Source: Eledone cirrhosa
Taxonomy: Eukaryota
DNA: 64,000 bases
Direction: 5' to 3'
NCBI GenBank assembly: GCA_964016885.1
Contig: OZ024741.1
Location: forward strand, 147,188,001 to 147,252,000
The position numbers and the translations under genes are program-made. The notes beneath the pieces were generated by a model. That model worked only from the letters and a program-made list of their open reading frames with translations, did not search any database and was not told the origin of the DNA. Below, in pieces: positions 1 to 13,620 of this stretch; positions within the stretch are counted from its first letter, which is position 1, and each line of letters begins with the position of its first letter.

Positions 1-1764
1 AAAATTGGAAAGACAGCAGCGCACTTGAGGAGAGAGCCCCATGAGATGGGAAGGCTGTTTTAGCAGGTGTCTCGGGCCATTCTCCGCATTAATACTTTTG
101 CCATTTTATCCTTGGGCCATGGCTAAGGCATCATTCAGATTGGGGTATTGTCCCTCCCTCTCCCCCATTCTTTCTTTGCTTGATTCTTTTTTCTTTTTCT
201 TTTTTTCATTTCCCATTTTATTTTGTTTCCTTTAATAATGTGTTCTGTTTCTGTATTAACAACTTTGTAAAATAAAATAACTTAGTATCAAAAAGAAAAT
301 TTGAAGGCAATCATTATTAAGAAAGTATTTATGACCTAATTAAGCCTTGACCTAGTGGTCGTAAGGTTGTAGCTTAATTTCATGTTACTCCTATTGCCAG
401 GACTTATGACCAGCAGATAGCATCACCAATGGAATCTTTGTTTGTTTGGTCTGATTGGCTACTTTTTTTATGTTTAATACCAAACAGCCTGTTATTGTCT
501 TTTTCTATAATACAGAACTGTTTGTTTTAAAATCTTTATATTCTACCAAAAAACTTTGCATCATAACTTTATGTAGGAACTTTTGTCAAATTCCAGTCAT
601 TACAAAAATAATGGGAAAGTTACTAATTAACTAAATCCCACCAAATTCTTTATTTCAAAATTATTTGAAAATCATAAAGCAATGTTTCATTAGAAATATG
701 GTAACAAACGGGTTAACAATAGAATCTTATATAAAATTATGATTGAAAACTTCAATTTAAATAGGAATCCTATAAAATAGGTGGTTTTGTGTCACAGAAC
801 TAAAGGCAATTTTGGATAGGTTGGTATCAAAAGAGTTAAGACATAACTGTGTTTGGAGAGAGAGGAGGGCAGAGATAGAGAGAGGATAGATAGTTAGATA
901 GATAGAGAGAGAGAGAGAAAGAGAGAGACAGAGTGAGATTGAGATTAATTACCTTTATTTTATTCTACCAGAGAAATAAAATATAGTTCAAATAATGAAA
1001 TAAAATGAAATCAAAATAATAAAACTAAGAATTAAAATTAATTTAGCTAAATAAAACAAAAGTGAAAATAAAACATGATTTATTAGGATACTAAAAGTTA
1101 ATTTAGCAAATATAAATGTTAAAATGTTATTTATTTTACTTGGTACAATGATGTTTTGGTTAAGAGATAATATTGTGAATTAATTTGAGTACAAAATATT
1201 AATAGTGTCTATTTTATTAACAGATGGTGAATTGGCAGAGTCATTAAGGTGTCAGGTAGAATGCTTTATGGTATTCAATCCAACTCTTTGCTCTCTGGTT
1301 TCAAATCTTGCTGAGACCAACTTTATTTTTTACTCTTTTAGGTTTGATAAAGTACCATTCCAGTACTAGGGTTTACTCTTCCTCTCTCTTGCTTTCTTTT
1401 TCTTTGTCTCATAGAGAAATGAGATGTGATCTCTACAGTGTGTATGTGCATGTATAAATGTCTGTGTGTGTATGTGTGTGTGTGTGCAACCGCAACCAAT
1501 GCAGGAATCAAAAATATGGATGTACAATTTTATGTCCATTTGGAAGCATGTTAGATGGATTGTATCTGTAATTCAAAGTGCCAAACCTTGTCACACACTG
1601 TACCATGCTGAACCTTCCTGACAATTGTGTTATGGGTAAAGATGTCTGGGGAATACCCAGCTACTTGTATGTGGGTTTCAGTAGAAGGCCTATCCATTGA
1701 CCAATGTTTTAATGTGTGTAAATGTGTGACGTCCACCCTCAACTAACTTGTCTTCTGTCTCTTG

Positions 1765-1930
1765 GATGGAGAATACATTGCCTTGGAGGACAGAATGGAG
1801 ACATACTTGAACAGATACTCCACTTCGCATTGCTCACACCTGTGGGCAACCAACTCCACTCCAATAGCAGTGAGCATGGATGTGTTCAAGGGGCCAAGAG
1901 CACTGGAAATCTCCACAAAACAATTGATCA
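1765..1930 (-). mobile_element. CRE-like non-LTR retrotransposon 3' fragment (RLE endonuclease C-terminus), decayed
   Basis: Minus-strand translation FVEISSALGP...AIGVELV...EVEYLFKYVSI..QGNVFSI resembles the CRE-clade C-terminal motif (vEt.GalGp...lg..l....E..flfqr.S.a.QrGNa.si). Confidence 0.5.
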
Positions 1931-3027
1931 AACACATTGTTAAAACCTATGGAGATCCATTCTATTTCATAATTAGATATAATTAACTACTCCATCCTCA
2001 CTAAATTTGGGATTTTAAGCCTAAAATAAATATTACTCTCAGGCATTAAATGAAGGACTGGCAGATTGTTTAACAAAATCATCATCACCATCATTTTATA
2101 TCCACTTTCCATGCTGACATGTGTTGGATGGGTCACCACAGTTTGAGATTATACAGGATGGAGAACCACATTTTACTCATGTTCCATATTTGGGGATGGT
2201 TTCTATCATTGGATGCCCTTTCTAATAGCAACCATGTTTCAGAGTGTACTAGGTGCATTTTATTGTGGCATCAGTACATCCACTTTACACAATGACTTGT
2301 GATATTTAACCCTTTCATTACTGTATATCTAGTAAAATACATTGTCAATGCATTTTAATTAATATGGATAATAATAAAAAGTTTGAAAGAATTTGATAAA
2401 ATAATTTTTTATCAGTAATCTGATGGTTTGAACATTATTTAACAAAAATTCCTTAAAATGGGTATGAATATTTTATAATGCATAGATTTTTAAAAACACA
2501 ATCAGAGTGGTTTCATTTAGGTTGGTAACAGTTTAGCAGTCCACATCCTGCTGAAGTCCACTTTGCTCTTTATTCACCCAGGGATAATGAGATAAAGTGG
2601 AGAGGTTAATTTGATCAACTTTTCCCACAATTATATTTTTTTGTGATGTTCTGTCAATATTAGAAAACATGCTCCAAAGAGTGAAATGAAATATTTTTTG
2701 AAAAAAAAAAACATGAAAGCTCACCAAGAAAAAACAAATAACACAAAAAAACAAACAAAAAACAATGAGGACAGAGCGACATGTTAAGAAGATAGAATTA
2801 GCTTTTAGAATACAGCGTGTCTTCACAATGAGGATGGTGTGGTATGGAAAATGAGTGTAGATTCTGACTATTATATACACCACTACTCTAGCTAGAAAGA
2901 AATTGGAAAAGACAGGAGAATCTTGCTCTCTATACCCATGTGAATACAGTCAGTCTTCAATATCTCTGGAGGTGTGTATGTTGTAAGTACATATGAATGT
3001 TTATATGTGGGTGTATGTGTATAAGTG

Positions 3028-3061
<34 letters not shown>

Positions 3062-3086
<25 letters not shown>

Positions 3087-3795
3087 GCATTCTTTATTAA
3101 CCACAAGGGTTTACACAAAGTAGACATTAAGGACAGTACAGGACAATACAGGACGGTACAAATGGGCATTTCTGCGTGTAAAAAAAACAAAAAACAGAGG
3201 ATGTAATAAAAGGAACAATGAAAAATTCCCCAATAGGGGGGAGACTTCCGAGGGCCATCGTGGAGAAAGCCCATTAAAAAAAGCCACGGTGACCCTGACC
3301 ACCAGGGCAAGTATCCTCTCCCAGTTTTCCACCTTCAATTTACAGACACATACTCAGAGTAGGTCCATTCACTCGGGCCATTCTTGCCTCTCTCACCCAT
3401 CTTTCAACAAAAAGCTAGGAAGAAAGCACTTCCCTCTCTACCCTGATTTTCCTTTTCAAATGAAATTTGAAAAGGTTAAGCAGGGCATCACCGAAGAGGT
3501 AAGTGCTCGTCTTCAGCCCTTTCAGACCTGTCCACCATACTATCTCTTTCACTATGGCAACCAGACAGATAAAAACTGCCTGCCCTTCCCGTCTAAAGGA
3601 AGAGGGTGGGGCAATCCTCACGATGGACTCAGCTGATAGTCAGATCCGTTCTACACGCGACAGCAGGTGTTTGACATAAACCCACAAGTCAGCAATGCTC
3701 GGACACTGGACGAGTGCATGTAGGACGGTTTCGTCGCCCAGCGTGCATCTCGGACATGCCCGGCTGATGGCACTTCCTAATACAAGGAGGATTTG
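3062..3795 (-). mobile_element. L1/Tx1-like LINE 3' fragment
   Basis: Minus strand encodes CPRC..DETVLHALVQC (CCHC knuckle), then LVAIVKEIVWW...FKFHLKRKIRVER as in Tx1 ORF2 ends; AATAAA and an (ATT)n tail at ~3062-3100. Confidence 0.65.
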
Positions 3796-3808
3796 TTACA
3801 CTCCCTGG

Positions 3809-3850
<42 letters not shown>

Positions 3851-4023
3851 GGAGAGAGAGAGAGAGAGAGAGAGAAAGATAGGGTGTGGGAGGGGGACAC
3901 AGGTGGGAAAGAGCAATACATATGGAGGGTTTGTGGTTTTTCTCACATCTGGTTGGTGCTTGAATGTTACTTCTGCTTTATATGGAAAAAAGTGGCTCGA
4001 AATGATAGGTTTTTAGAGAAGTA

Positions 4024-4320
4024 ATTTGGTTGGTTGATGACTGTCATGTGAATAAGTATAATAATTTTCGCGCCAGTTTGCATTACAAAGTTCTTTTTAT
4101 ATTTGCCTTCAAATAAAGGGGGGGGTGGGGCTCAGATTGTTTTTTCATATATGAGTGAAGTTTGGTTGGTTGATGCAGTCACGTGAATAAGCACATCAGC
4201 TTTCGCACCAGTTTCTGTTTGAATTTCTTTTTACTTAAAAAAATGGCTCCTTAAGGCTTTTTTTATAATGAAATTATGACTGTCACGTGAACAAGTACAT
4301 TAAATTTCGCACCCGTATTT
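4024..4320. repeat. Degenerate ~110-135 bp tandem repeat (3 units)
   Basis: Recurrent gatgactgtcacgtgaataag...tttcgcacc motif at ~4035, ~4170 and ~4277. Confidence 0.6.
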
Positions 4321-6247
4321 GGGAATTTTTTTGTAGCCATTTAGAGAATTTTGTGCCAAACAAAAGATAATGGTCAAGAAAAACGGGATGGGGAGAATTG
4401 TTCTGGTTCAGTGAATATGGCTGGTGTGCTGGGGTGTCAAAATTCAGACTTTCTATTGAAATAAAGTAAAGATATATATGTTTATTTGTGTGCTGCTGTG
4501 TGTGTGTGTGTGTGTGTGTAGGAAAATGATTCTATTAGTAGAAATGGGGGAGGGCGTTGTTTGTGTGTGTATGGGTGTTATATTTGTGTGTGGGGGAGTA
4601 TTGTTGGCATGTTAAGATGGAGAGAATATATATATATAAACCATACACGGTTGGAGCTAATACATGGAGAGATGTAGAGGAAGAGGAGATGGGAGAGGAG
4701 TGATGAGAGAGGGGACTACTTTATATATAAGCCAAGCATGGTAAAGAAGTTCACTTCACAATCAATCCTTTAGGAATTCTGAGTGCACAAAGTGGTCGAT
4801 ATCAACCCCCATGGATCGATGGATCTACCCAGAAAGTCAAGTGAAATTTAGGGCCTAATATCTGTATAAAAAAGGAAAATACATAAACCATAATAAAATT
4901 CAACCTGCTTATACAATAAATAATCTTTCTTTATTTTATATTGTTTACTGATTTATTTCCTTACCTTTGTACATGTCTGAAGTCGAAGAGAGTTCAATGA
5001 TTCCATAAAGGGGTCAATGAAGAGGGTCAAAGATTACATGAAGGAGTCAATGAGATGGAGAGGGCTCAAGGTTTCCATGATTGATGGAAGCCCATCAAAT
5101 GCATATATCATCATCAATATATTTTTACCAACTTTTCTGTGCTTTCGTTGGTTGGATGGAGTATATGCAATTAGTGTTTATGTGGTAAGTTATGCTTATC
5201 ATCATTTGGTTGGGTTTTTCTGATTGTATGCCCTTCCTTTCAACAACCAATGAATACTATAGACTGGCTGTATTATTTATGCCACCAGCACTAGAGACAT
5301 TGACAATTAGGATTTAATAGCCCTCTTCCTTTTCTATCAGTTTTTACTGGCTACCTTTCACTATGGCTTACAGAGCTCATGTGTATGTGTCTATGTTTGC
5401 ATACATATATATGTGTTTCTGCTTTAAAAAGTCAATACCATTTGTTTATATCCTACAACAGGTTCGACAAATGAAAGTGAGATGAATAGGTACCATTTTT
5501 AATATTTAAATAGGAGTTGGCATCAGGAAATGCATCTGGTCATAGAATACTGCCTCAAAAATCTCATCCAACCTATTTCAGCACAGAAAAGCAGATGTGA
5601 AAATTATGAATGTGTGTGTGTGTGCATGTGTTGCATGCTTGGAAAAATGGATGTTAAATGAAGATGTTGATATATATAAATATAAATGTTAACCAACACA
5701 ATAAGTTCACCACAGATGTATTTCCTAAGTTTTTTTTATTTTAAAAAATATTAAGTACTTCACAATTTTAACACACCATTACATGCTGGAAAAAAATACT
5801 TTTTTTCTTTTAAATCAAATAATTGTATCTAACAAATCTTTTCATGTCAAATGTACATCAGGACAATAAGAAAACAGAGAAATCATAAAATTAGAAATAT
5901 TTTTTTTTTAAATACAATCAGGAAAATATTCAGAAAAAAAAAATATTTGAAATAAAAAAAAATCGGTAGTTTTGAAGAGATGTCAAAAATGTCAAAAATG
6001 TCAAAAAGTAGGGAAAAAAAGAAAAAAAAAAGGTTATAAAAATATTTTTTTAAATCATAAAAATTATAAACAATCCAAACAACTTGAAAATTTTTCAGAC
6101 AGAATTCACAAAAAATTCAGAAAAATTTTCAGAAAAAAAATTAGTTTGAATTAACATATATATTAAAAAATAATAATAATTTGTTTATTTTATATAATGG
6201 TACGTTTCTAATATTTTTCTTGTGTACATATATATATATATATATGC

Positions 6248-6288
<41 letters not shown>

Positions 6289-6737
6289 TGTGTGTATGTG
6301 TTAATATTTGTAATACAATATTGGTAAGTGAATTTTTGTCTTTACTACTATTTTATAATATATCTGGTTATATGTTTATATACATTTTTTTCAAAACTTT
6401 CTTCCAAAAATTCAAATTCTGAAATCGGTTTTTCTACCATATCAGAAATGAACCAGAAACCATATGAACACATTATGAAGTATGTTTACGTATGTTTAAC
6501 CCCTTGTAATCTTTACCCCTCCTTTCAACCTTGGGTAAATTTGATTGAGTAAATATGATGTGAATTTAATGAACTCTGATCATTTTACACCGATGATACA
6601 CAAGAAAGCAGAAATAATGAGTTGTTTGCAAATATGAGAAAAATATATTTTAGGTTAATATTACAACCAGAACATGACAGAAACTTCAATTTTAATTTCA
6701 ATAAATATTCAGTGAAAAAATTAATATGGCTATCATT

Positions 6738-6890
6738 CGGACATGCTTTCCAGCATAGTTATGTCCCTTTACGATCTGAGATCAAATCCCGCCGAGGTTA
6801 ACTTTGCCTTTCATCCTTACGGGGTCGATAAAATGAAGTACCAGTAATGTATTGGTTAATTGCTGGCCTTGTGCCAAAAGTAGAAACAAT
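6738..6890 (+). mobile_element. tRNA-derived SINE family A, 5'-truncated
   Basis: Box B-like gagatcaaatcc, central ctttgcctttcatccttacggggtcgataaaat, and tail gctggccttgtgccaaaagtagaaacaatt. Confidence 0.85.
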
Positions 6891-7944
6891 TAATTAATTC
6901 AGTTCTCTCCCTTGTATAAGAAATGAAAACAGCTAATAGAAACCCAACTTGTTTTTTTTACATTTTTTTCTCTGAAGATTTTTGCTGAATTCTCTCTGGA
7001 ATTGTTTTGTGAATGATTAATTATTTCAGATTATTTAAAGCTTATGATTCCTTTCTTCACAACTTTTTCAAAAAAACAACACCCAAAATTTTTATTTCAA
7101 AAAATGTTTCTGTAAAACAGTTTGTTATTTTTTCTTTATCTGAATATTTTTAAAAATAATTTTAAGCTTTTTTATTTACCTGAATTATTTTTAGTTTCCT
7201 TCCCCCAATTTTACAATTTCTTTTTCTTGCATACGATCTTCTGTATTTTTTAAACGTTTGTTTCTAACATCTAGTCTTTTGATATTGTTAAGTTTGCAAT
7301 ATTTTTACTTTATAAAGTTTTGAAAATCCATCTCAAATTACTTTGTAAATTCATTTTTCTTATTTTAATAAAGATAGTTCACTATACTGTTTATAGTTTG
7401 AATACTTTAATATCAACTGTGGCTTTTATCTGCAATATTTTTTACAGATTATATATATATATCATATTTTATGCTGCTCTGTAAGAGCATCGAGTGCTCC
7501 AACGGCATTCTGCATATGGACGCTTTAAGCATCCCACACCAATTATATATATATATATAACCCATGCTAGCGTGGAAGATAGAGGTTAAACGATGATGAT
7601 GATGATGATATATATATATATATATAAATATATATACAGTGGCAGACTAGCCAGGTTGCCAGGTTTCCCAATGGCAAGTGGGCCCAAGGGGGCCAACGGT
7701 AGCATTGCAGGAGCCCACAGTAGCATTGCTGGGCCCACTGTAGTATTTTAGGTGCCAATGCTTTGCTTTCAAAAAATACCTGAAGTCTAAGAGAAAGAAT
7801 AATTTTTTTTTTTTTAAATAAATAAAACAAAGCATTTTAAATAAATAAAGCAAAGCATTTGGTCAACCAATTCCCCAGGGAATTAATAGAAACCAAAATA
7901 TATGATAGTGCAATTAGCTGGAATCAGTGGGTTAAAGACATCTG

Positions 7945-7976
<32 letters not shown>

Positions 7977-7982
7977 TATATA

Positions 7983-8875
7983 CAGGGTGCGGACGATATT
8001 TGTTCGCAATTTTCAACTGCTAATTTTATGCAAGTTTTTTTTACTTCCATTGTCACTTTTGTCTTCATAAAAACAGTGACTATATTTCCATTATTTATTT
8101 TCAGAATAATTGATTATGAATAATTTTGAACTTCCAAATTTGTGGAAGAGACATGGAGTTCTTCTTGGAATCTGCGCCGGGAAGATAAATAAGACCAGAA
8201 GATCAACTCCCAGGACAACAGGTGACTCGCTGTCTTATCCAAAGACGTGCCCAGAGTCATGCAGACAAAGTTTCCAGCGACAACATTGGTCTTAGGTCTC
8301 GTCAGCAGTCAAGGTGATGTCATGCCACCTCACTTCTTCCCTGAGGGCCTCAAGATGAACACCGATCACTACAACCGCGTTCTGGACGAGGGTAGTAAAG
8401 CCCTGGATCGACCAGGTAGCTGCAGGTAGGCCATACGTGTGGCAGCAAGACTCAATGCCCTGCCATACCAGCCGAAAGACCCAAGCCTGGCTGTCAGAAA
8501 ACTTCGTCGACCACACTTCACCTGACATCTGGCCTCCCAGCTCGCCTGACTGCAACCCCCTCGACTTCTTTGTGTGGGGTGCAGTGGAACGAGACACCAA
8601 CAGATCTTGCTGCAAAACGAACGACGATCTGAAGGTCAGGATCACAAGTGCCTTTAGGGGCCTAAGTCAGGGGACAGTGACGAAGGCCTGTAGCCGGTTC
8701 CAAGGCCACCTTGAGGCCGTTATCAAAGCCAATGGCGGGTTTATTGAGTGAGATCAAAAGAACCTGTCATGAAGACAAACTGACCCAAGTTTGATAAATA
8801 TATTTTAAAAAATAAAACTACTGTGTTACTTTTTCCTAGACAGTAATCTTGCGAACAAATATCATCCGCACCCTG
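7983..8875 (+). mobile_element. Internally deleted Tc1/mariner DNA transposon, DD37D (maT) family
   Basis: ~27-bp TIRs CAGGGTGCGGACGATATTTGTTCGCAA / TTGCGAACAAATATCATCCGCACCCTG, flanked by TA on both sides; transposase remnant inside. Confidence 0.9.
8240..8751 (+). pseudogene. DD37D transposase C-terminal remnant (frameshifted)
   Basis: QQD..PCHTS...WPPSSPDCNPLDFFVW with exactly 37 residues between the second and third catalytic Asp; upstream GDVMPPHFFPEGLKMN is in another frame. Confidence 0.85.
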
Positions 8876-11699
8876 TAAATATATATATATATGCAATGTC
8901 AATTAGATCTCTAGGGATTTTTGAACAAGTTGAAAACAACTTATGTATACATATATATATAAATCTATATATACACATATACATGCACACATATACACGC
9001 ACTCCCATATATATATATATATATATTGAGTGAGTGTGAAAGACCAAAGTTCATTATTGAAAGTCTCTGGATTTCGCAAAATACATAATATTTTTTATTG
9101 GAGAATGTAAGATATTTTTCCACAAAAATTTGATTGCACTGTTTTGTTTCCACTTATGTAATTTTTGAAAATGTTATTTTCAAAAGAGAGAAAGGGTGGG
9201 GGAGAAATGAGTTGCAACAGAAATGAAACATGGATTACAGGTTAAAATATAGTCTAACTTGATGAGAAACAAAACATGGATGTAGTTTAAGGAACACCCA
9301 AATGATTTCGAAGTCGACCTTAAGTAGGAGCAATAACATTAAGAAAGATATGAATGACACCACATCATTTTGTTTGAAAATTTTGAAAGTAGCTTTATAA
9401 ATATGAATTTTCAGTAGATTTTTTGTAGTTCTCTCAGTAGCCTAGCAATAGGTACTAGAGATGGTGGAGATCCTGTTCTTGGATTCCAACTGACCTGGTT
9501 TGAATATACCTCCTGCATAAGCTCAGGGAAGAGATCCCCACACTACAAGGAGGTGTATATAGGGACGACGCCCTATTTACTGTAAAGAATCACAACCCTC
9601 ATAGGATAGAAAACCTCAATAAGCATATCCATAAGTTCTTTAAAATGTACGGCCTCTCAGTTACAATAGACCATAACCATAAGGTAGTTAACTTCCTAGA
9701 TGTAACATTAGAGTTAGATACTGGCCTATACAGACCATACCACAAGCCAGGTGAGGTCCTGTCTTACATTAACAAAGCATTTAACCACCCCAACTCTATG
9801 CATAACTTTATATTTAGTAACATCTCGCACAGAATCTCAAGGCTATTGGCCAATGAGGACCTTTTCAACCAAACTGCTGAAAACTACAACAAAGCACTGG
9901 CTGAATCGGGGTATAACAGTAGGATTTCTTACATCCAGGACACTAGCTCTACTAGGTCCCCTTCCCATAGGACCAGTGTAATGGCGTGGCACACCAATAA
10001 CCACCGCGACAGCAGACGTGTTAATGGGAAATATACGAGTCGAACTAGCATTGTAACTGGCCTAGGCCAATATCATAACAACAACAGTGGTAGGCCAGGT
10101 AGATCCTTAAACCGGTGCCAATCTAATTTAGACAATATAACTAGAAATAGCTTACTAGGAAAATTCCCTGCATACAGGCTTAACAATGGAGACGGTATCT
10201 TACCAACACCTACCAGCAAGCATAGGGTAACCCAGGTCCACTCCTCAGGGGGTAGGTTAACACATGGGACTAATAGGAACAGAGCGCACAACAGGCAGCA
10301 GTCCAACTGCCACAGTAGAAACACCCACTAGGGCTTAAACGACCATACCAGCCCAATGGCAACACGGAAACACCGCCGTAATGTCATATGGTTCCTTCCC
10401 TCCTACTCTAGGAGTATAGCTTCAAACATACTTAGAATCTTCTTCGACGCCTGAGAGAGGAACTTCCCACCTAACCATAGGTACCACAAGATCCTCAACA
10501 AGAATAATGTCAAAATCTCTTACTCTACTACACATAACTTAGCCAATGTCATAGCATTTAATAACCACAGGAAGCTCACTAGAATAAAGCCATCTTGTAA
10601 TGCCAACATTGGAGTGTCTGGCCACCTTAATAACCATAACGACATTGGTAGCCATAATAGCAATAATAGAAACCAGGATAATAATCATAGTAATAGCAAT
10701 AATATCAACACCATAGAGACTAACCGCAGCATGAATAGTGGAACTGGCGACCAGGATAGGAACCATAGTAACGATAACAACAGCTGTAGAAGGGGCCATA
10801 ATAGGAACAATAGAAATAACACCATGTCACAAAACTATATCTGTAATAAAGCCAACGGCAACAATGACGACTGCAGTGATGGTGGTAATGATAGTAGTAA
10901 TGATAGCAGCGGACATTACCACATTAGAAATAGCAACAAAAAGCATTGCAATTGCCGAAACCCCAACAACTGTCCACTCCAGGGACACTGCTTGATTAGA
11001 AACGTAATCTACAAATGCACCGTGACAAGTAATAATAGCACTAGGTCATACATAGGCGCCACTTCTAATTAGTTCAAGACTAGATTTAGATCGCATCTCC
11101 ACTCCTTTAGAAATAAGAAGCTCAGACTCTCTCCCTCCCTCGCTAATTATATTACCCAATTAACTGAATCTAACATTAGCTACACCACACAATGGGGAAT
11201 AGTAGATCAAGCAACCCCATATAATTTTAGGAAAAATTGCCAGCTCTGCCTAATGGAAACATACTATATAGTGAACACACCCCAGGAACTCATTAATAGT
11301 TGGGCCAAAACAGTCATCAATTACGGCCACAGACTGCAGCACTCGTTCTGCAAGTGGTCTCCAGAACCAGAATAATATCCTATCCCTGCAGCTGTCTGCA
11401 TCGCACCACCACTTAGTCCACCTGCAATAGGTAGGCCAAAGTGCAGAGTCTAATGATGCTATCAACCAACCATCGGATTTTTACCGAAGCACTACCCATC
11501 ACCTACTGAGTTAAGCTGACCCTGCTAAACCCTCCCCCTAGCTAGGGTAGGTTAAAACAAATTTTAGGGTAATTTACAGCCTAGCACCGTACAGTTACCT
11601 CCCCTAGTGGATTATGCTCCTTTCACCGACGCCATTGTGTTTATATTTTTTCGCTTATAATGCAGGGACGTGAAACTGATGAAATGATTCTCAGCAGTG

Positions 11700-11796
11700 T
11701 TTATACTTTGCCTTTCATCCTTACGGGGTCGATAAAATAAAGTATCAGTAATACACTGGGTAATTGCTGGCCTTGTGCCAAAAGTAGAAACAATTA
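11700..11796 (+). mobile_element. SINE family A 3' fragment inserted in the PLE 3' region
   Basis: ctttgcctttcatccttacggggtcgataaa...gtagaaacaatt. Confidence 0.8.
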
Positions 11797-11809
11797 TATA
11801 ATCTATTAT

Positions 11810-11848
11810 TTCTCTGAGAAGCCCTTGTGGGCGAAACATGTGTAAGAG
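11810..11848 (+). ncRNA. Minimal type-I hammerhead ribozyme (PLE pLTR)
   Basis: ttct-CTGAGAA-gccc ttgt gggc-GAAA-catgtg-TA-agag; stems I and II pair; GUA cleavage triplet; variant core CUGAGAA. Confidence 0.7.
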
Positions 11849-11914
11849 CTATATAAAGAACTTGTTTTAAGGGCTTGTAACTCCTTCATTCATTCATTTG
11901 CTTATATATATATA

Positions 11915-12730
11915 AGTGCATTCTATGGGACCTGCTGTGGAAGGTTCTGCAGGAGTATGGGACAGCTTCTGGTGGCCCTGATGTCTCTGTATAAATGCTC
12001 TAGTATTTGTGTTCAGATAAATGGTGATAAATTAAATCCATTCAATGTGGGAGATGGACTCCACCAAAAGTGTGTACTTTCCCCTGTCCAGTTCATAATC
12101 TTCATGAACATGATTGATATGTGCAACCGGGTTGGAAGTTGTATTAAGACTGGTGGGTGTAGGATTAGTCAGCTGGAATTTTCAGATGACATGGTATTAC
12201 TTAACTCATCAGAAGATGATCTCTGACATGCACTTGATAATTTTAATGGTGGGTGTGGCATGGCTGGAATAAAAATGAGAGGTGCAAAGACTGAAACTCT
12301 CATTCTCTCAAAGAAGCCTTTACAGTACACCCTATATGAGAGTGGAGACCCATTGAAGCAGGTGAAAAAAATATGATCACGAATACAAGTAGTCAAAATG
12401 GGGTTTCTTCAAAGGGTCTTTACTCAATAGAGTGTGTAGCCCAGAGATCAGAGAGTTGCTTCAGGTAAAGCTGCTACATCTCCAAATTAAGAGATCACAG
12501 AACTGATATTATGGGCATGTGGTTAGAATGTCTATGGAAAGAATTGTGGAACAGATTTTATGGGGAAAACCAGCTGGCACGAGACCCAGGTGTAGACTCC
12601 AAGCAAGATGTTTAGATAACATGAATGAGCTCAGCTGGTCTCGCTTGGGGATCCAGGTGGATTAATTGGAGACAGTTGCTTCTGACATAACCTGCTTGAA
12701 AGTCAGGAATAAGTGGGTGTGGAAGAAGAA
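11915..12730 (+). mobile_element. Decayed RTE-clade LINE fragment (RT and 3' end)
   Basis: GLHQKCVLSP..FIIFM...LEFSDDMVLL (RT motifs), then YGHVVRM...GTRPR; multiple stops. Confidence 0.75.
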
Positions 12731-13355
12731 TATATATATATAACATAGAGTTGTATATGGAAGCATATACAATATGTTTATGTATAACAAATATACAAGT
12801 CTTACTATGAATATATATGCATGCTTACCAAAATATATTTATGTGTACACACAAAAATCATAATTTAAATTGAACATGCATACACACAACATATATACCT
12901 ACAGACGAAAATTACTCACACACATTACTACAAATTAATAAATATACATTCATCACACATCTGCATCATTGAACACATTCTTACCAATACATACACTTTC
13001 ATTGCCATATGCTTGCTACATATTTACCTCATCACATAGATTTGATATAGTGCCTCATGCTACAATTAGTTAACAATATTAGCAAATATTTCAAACAGCA
13101 TGGCATGAAAAAGCCAGAGTAGCAGAAGAGACACTATCTAAAGCACATCCAGGAGTTATATCACCATTCTGGCTCAGGATCATCATGACATGTAGAGTAA
13201 AACTGTAGCCACCTGTGCAGTAGCCAAAGGATGATGATATTTTGATATATTTACCATATCTTTTGGAATATAAGACATACTCTTATTTTGAAGGAAGTGG
13301 TTGTGGATATACATCTATACTTATACAGGATTTGTGTATGCATATATATTATCAT

Positions 13356-13620
13356 TGGATTGGCAGTATCGGTAGAGGGTCGGACGCCATGCTTTAACGC
13401 ATTGAGTTATGGCTCTTGCCATTCTGAGTTCAAATCCCGCCGAGGTTAACTTTGCCTTTCATCCTTACGGGGTCGATAAAATAAAGTACCAGTAATACAC
13501 TGGTATAATAGCTGGCCTTGTGCCAAAAGTAGAAACAATTATTTATGGGGTCGATAAAATAAAGTACCAGTAATGCACTGAGATAATTGCTGGCCTTGTG
13601 CCAAAAATAGAGACAATTAT
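13356..13620 (+). mobile_element. SINE family A, full length, with tandem duplication of its 3' half
   Basis: Box A tggcagtatcgg, box B gagttcaaatcc, central domain and tail; the 3' part is repeated at 13546-13620. Confidence 0.9.

Larger units (their letters stand above)
9470..11900 (+). mobile_element. Penelope-like retroelement (Naiad-like), 5'-truncated, with stop codons
   Basis: YRDDAL, VNFLDVTLELDTGLYRPYHKP, NHP, RRNVIWF, CNC...CPLQGHCL..NVIYKC...YIG (GIY-YIG), CQLCL; hammerhead near the 3' end, followed by (TA)n. Confidence 0.85.

Noticed and set aside
10452-10454. In-frame TGA in the Naiad-like ORF as possible selenocysteine
   Set aside because: It aligns to Leu (ALNKCFPP) in the intact copy rather than a conserved Cys, and the copy also has TAG stops.
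13356-13440. tRNA genes at box A/box B motifs
   Set aside because: These are SINE heads; there is no cloverleaf, and they continue into the SINE body.
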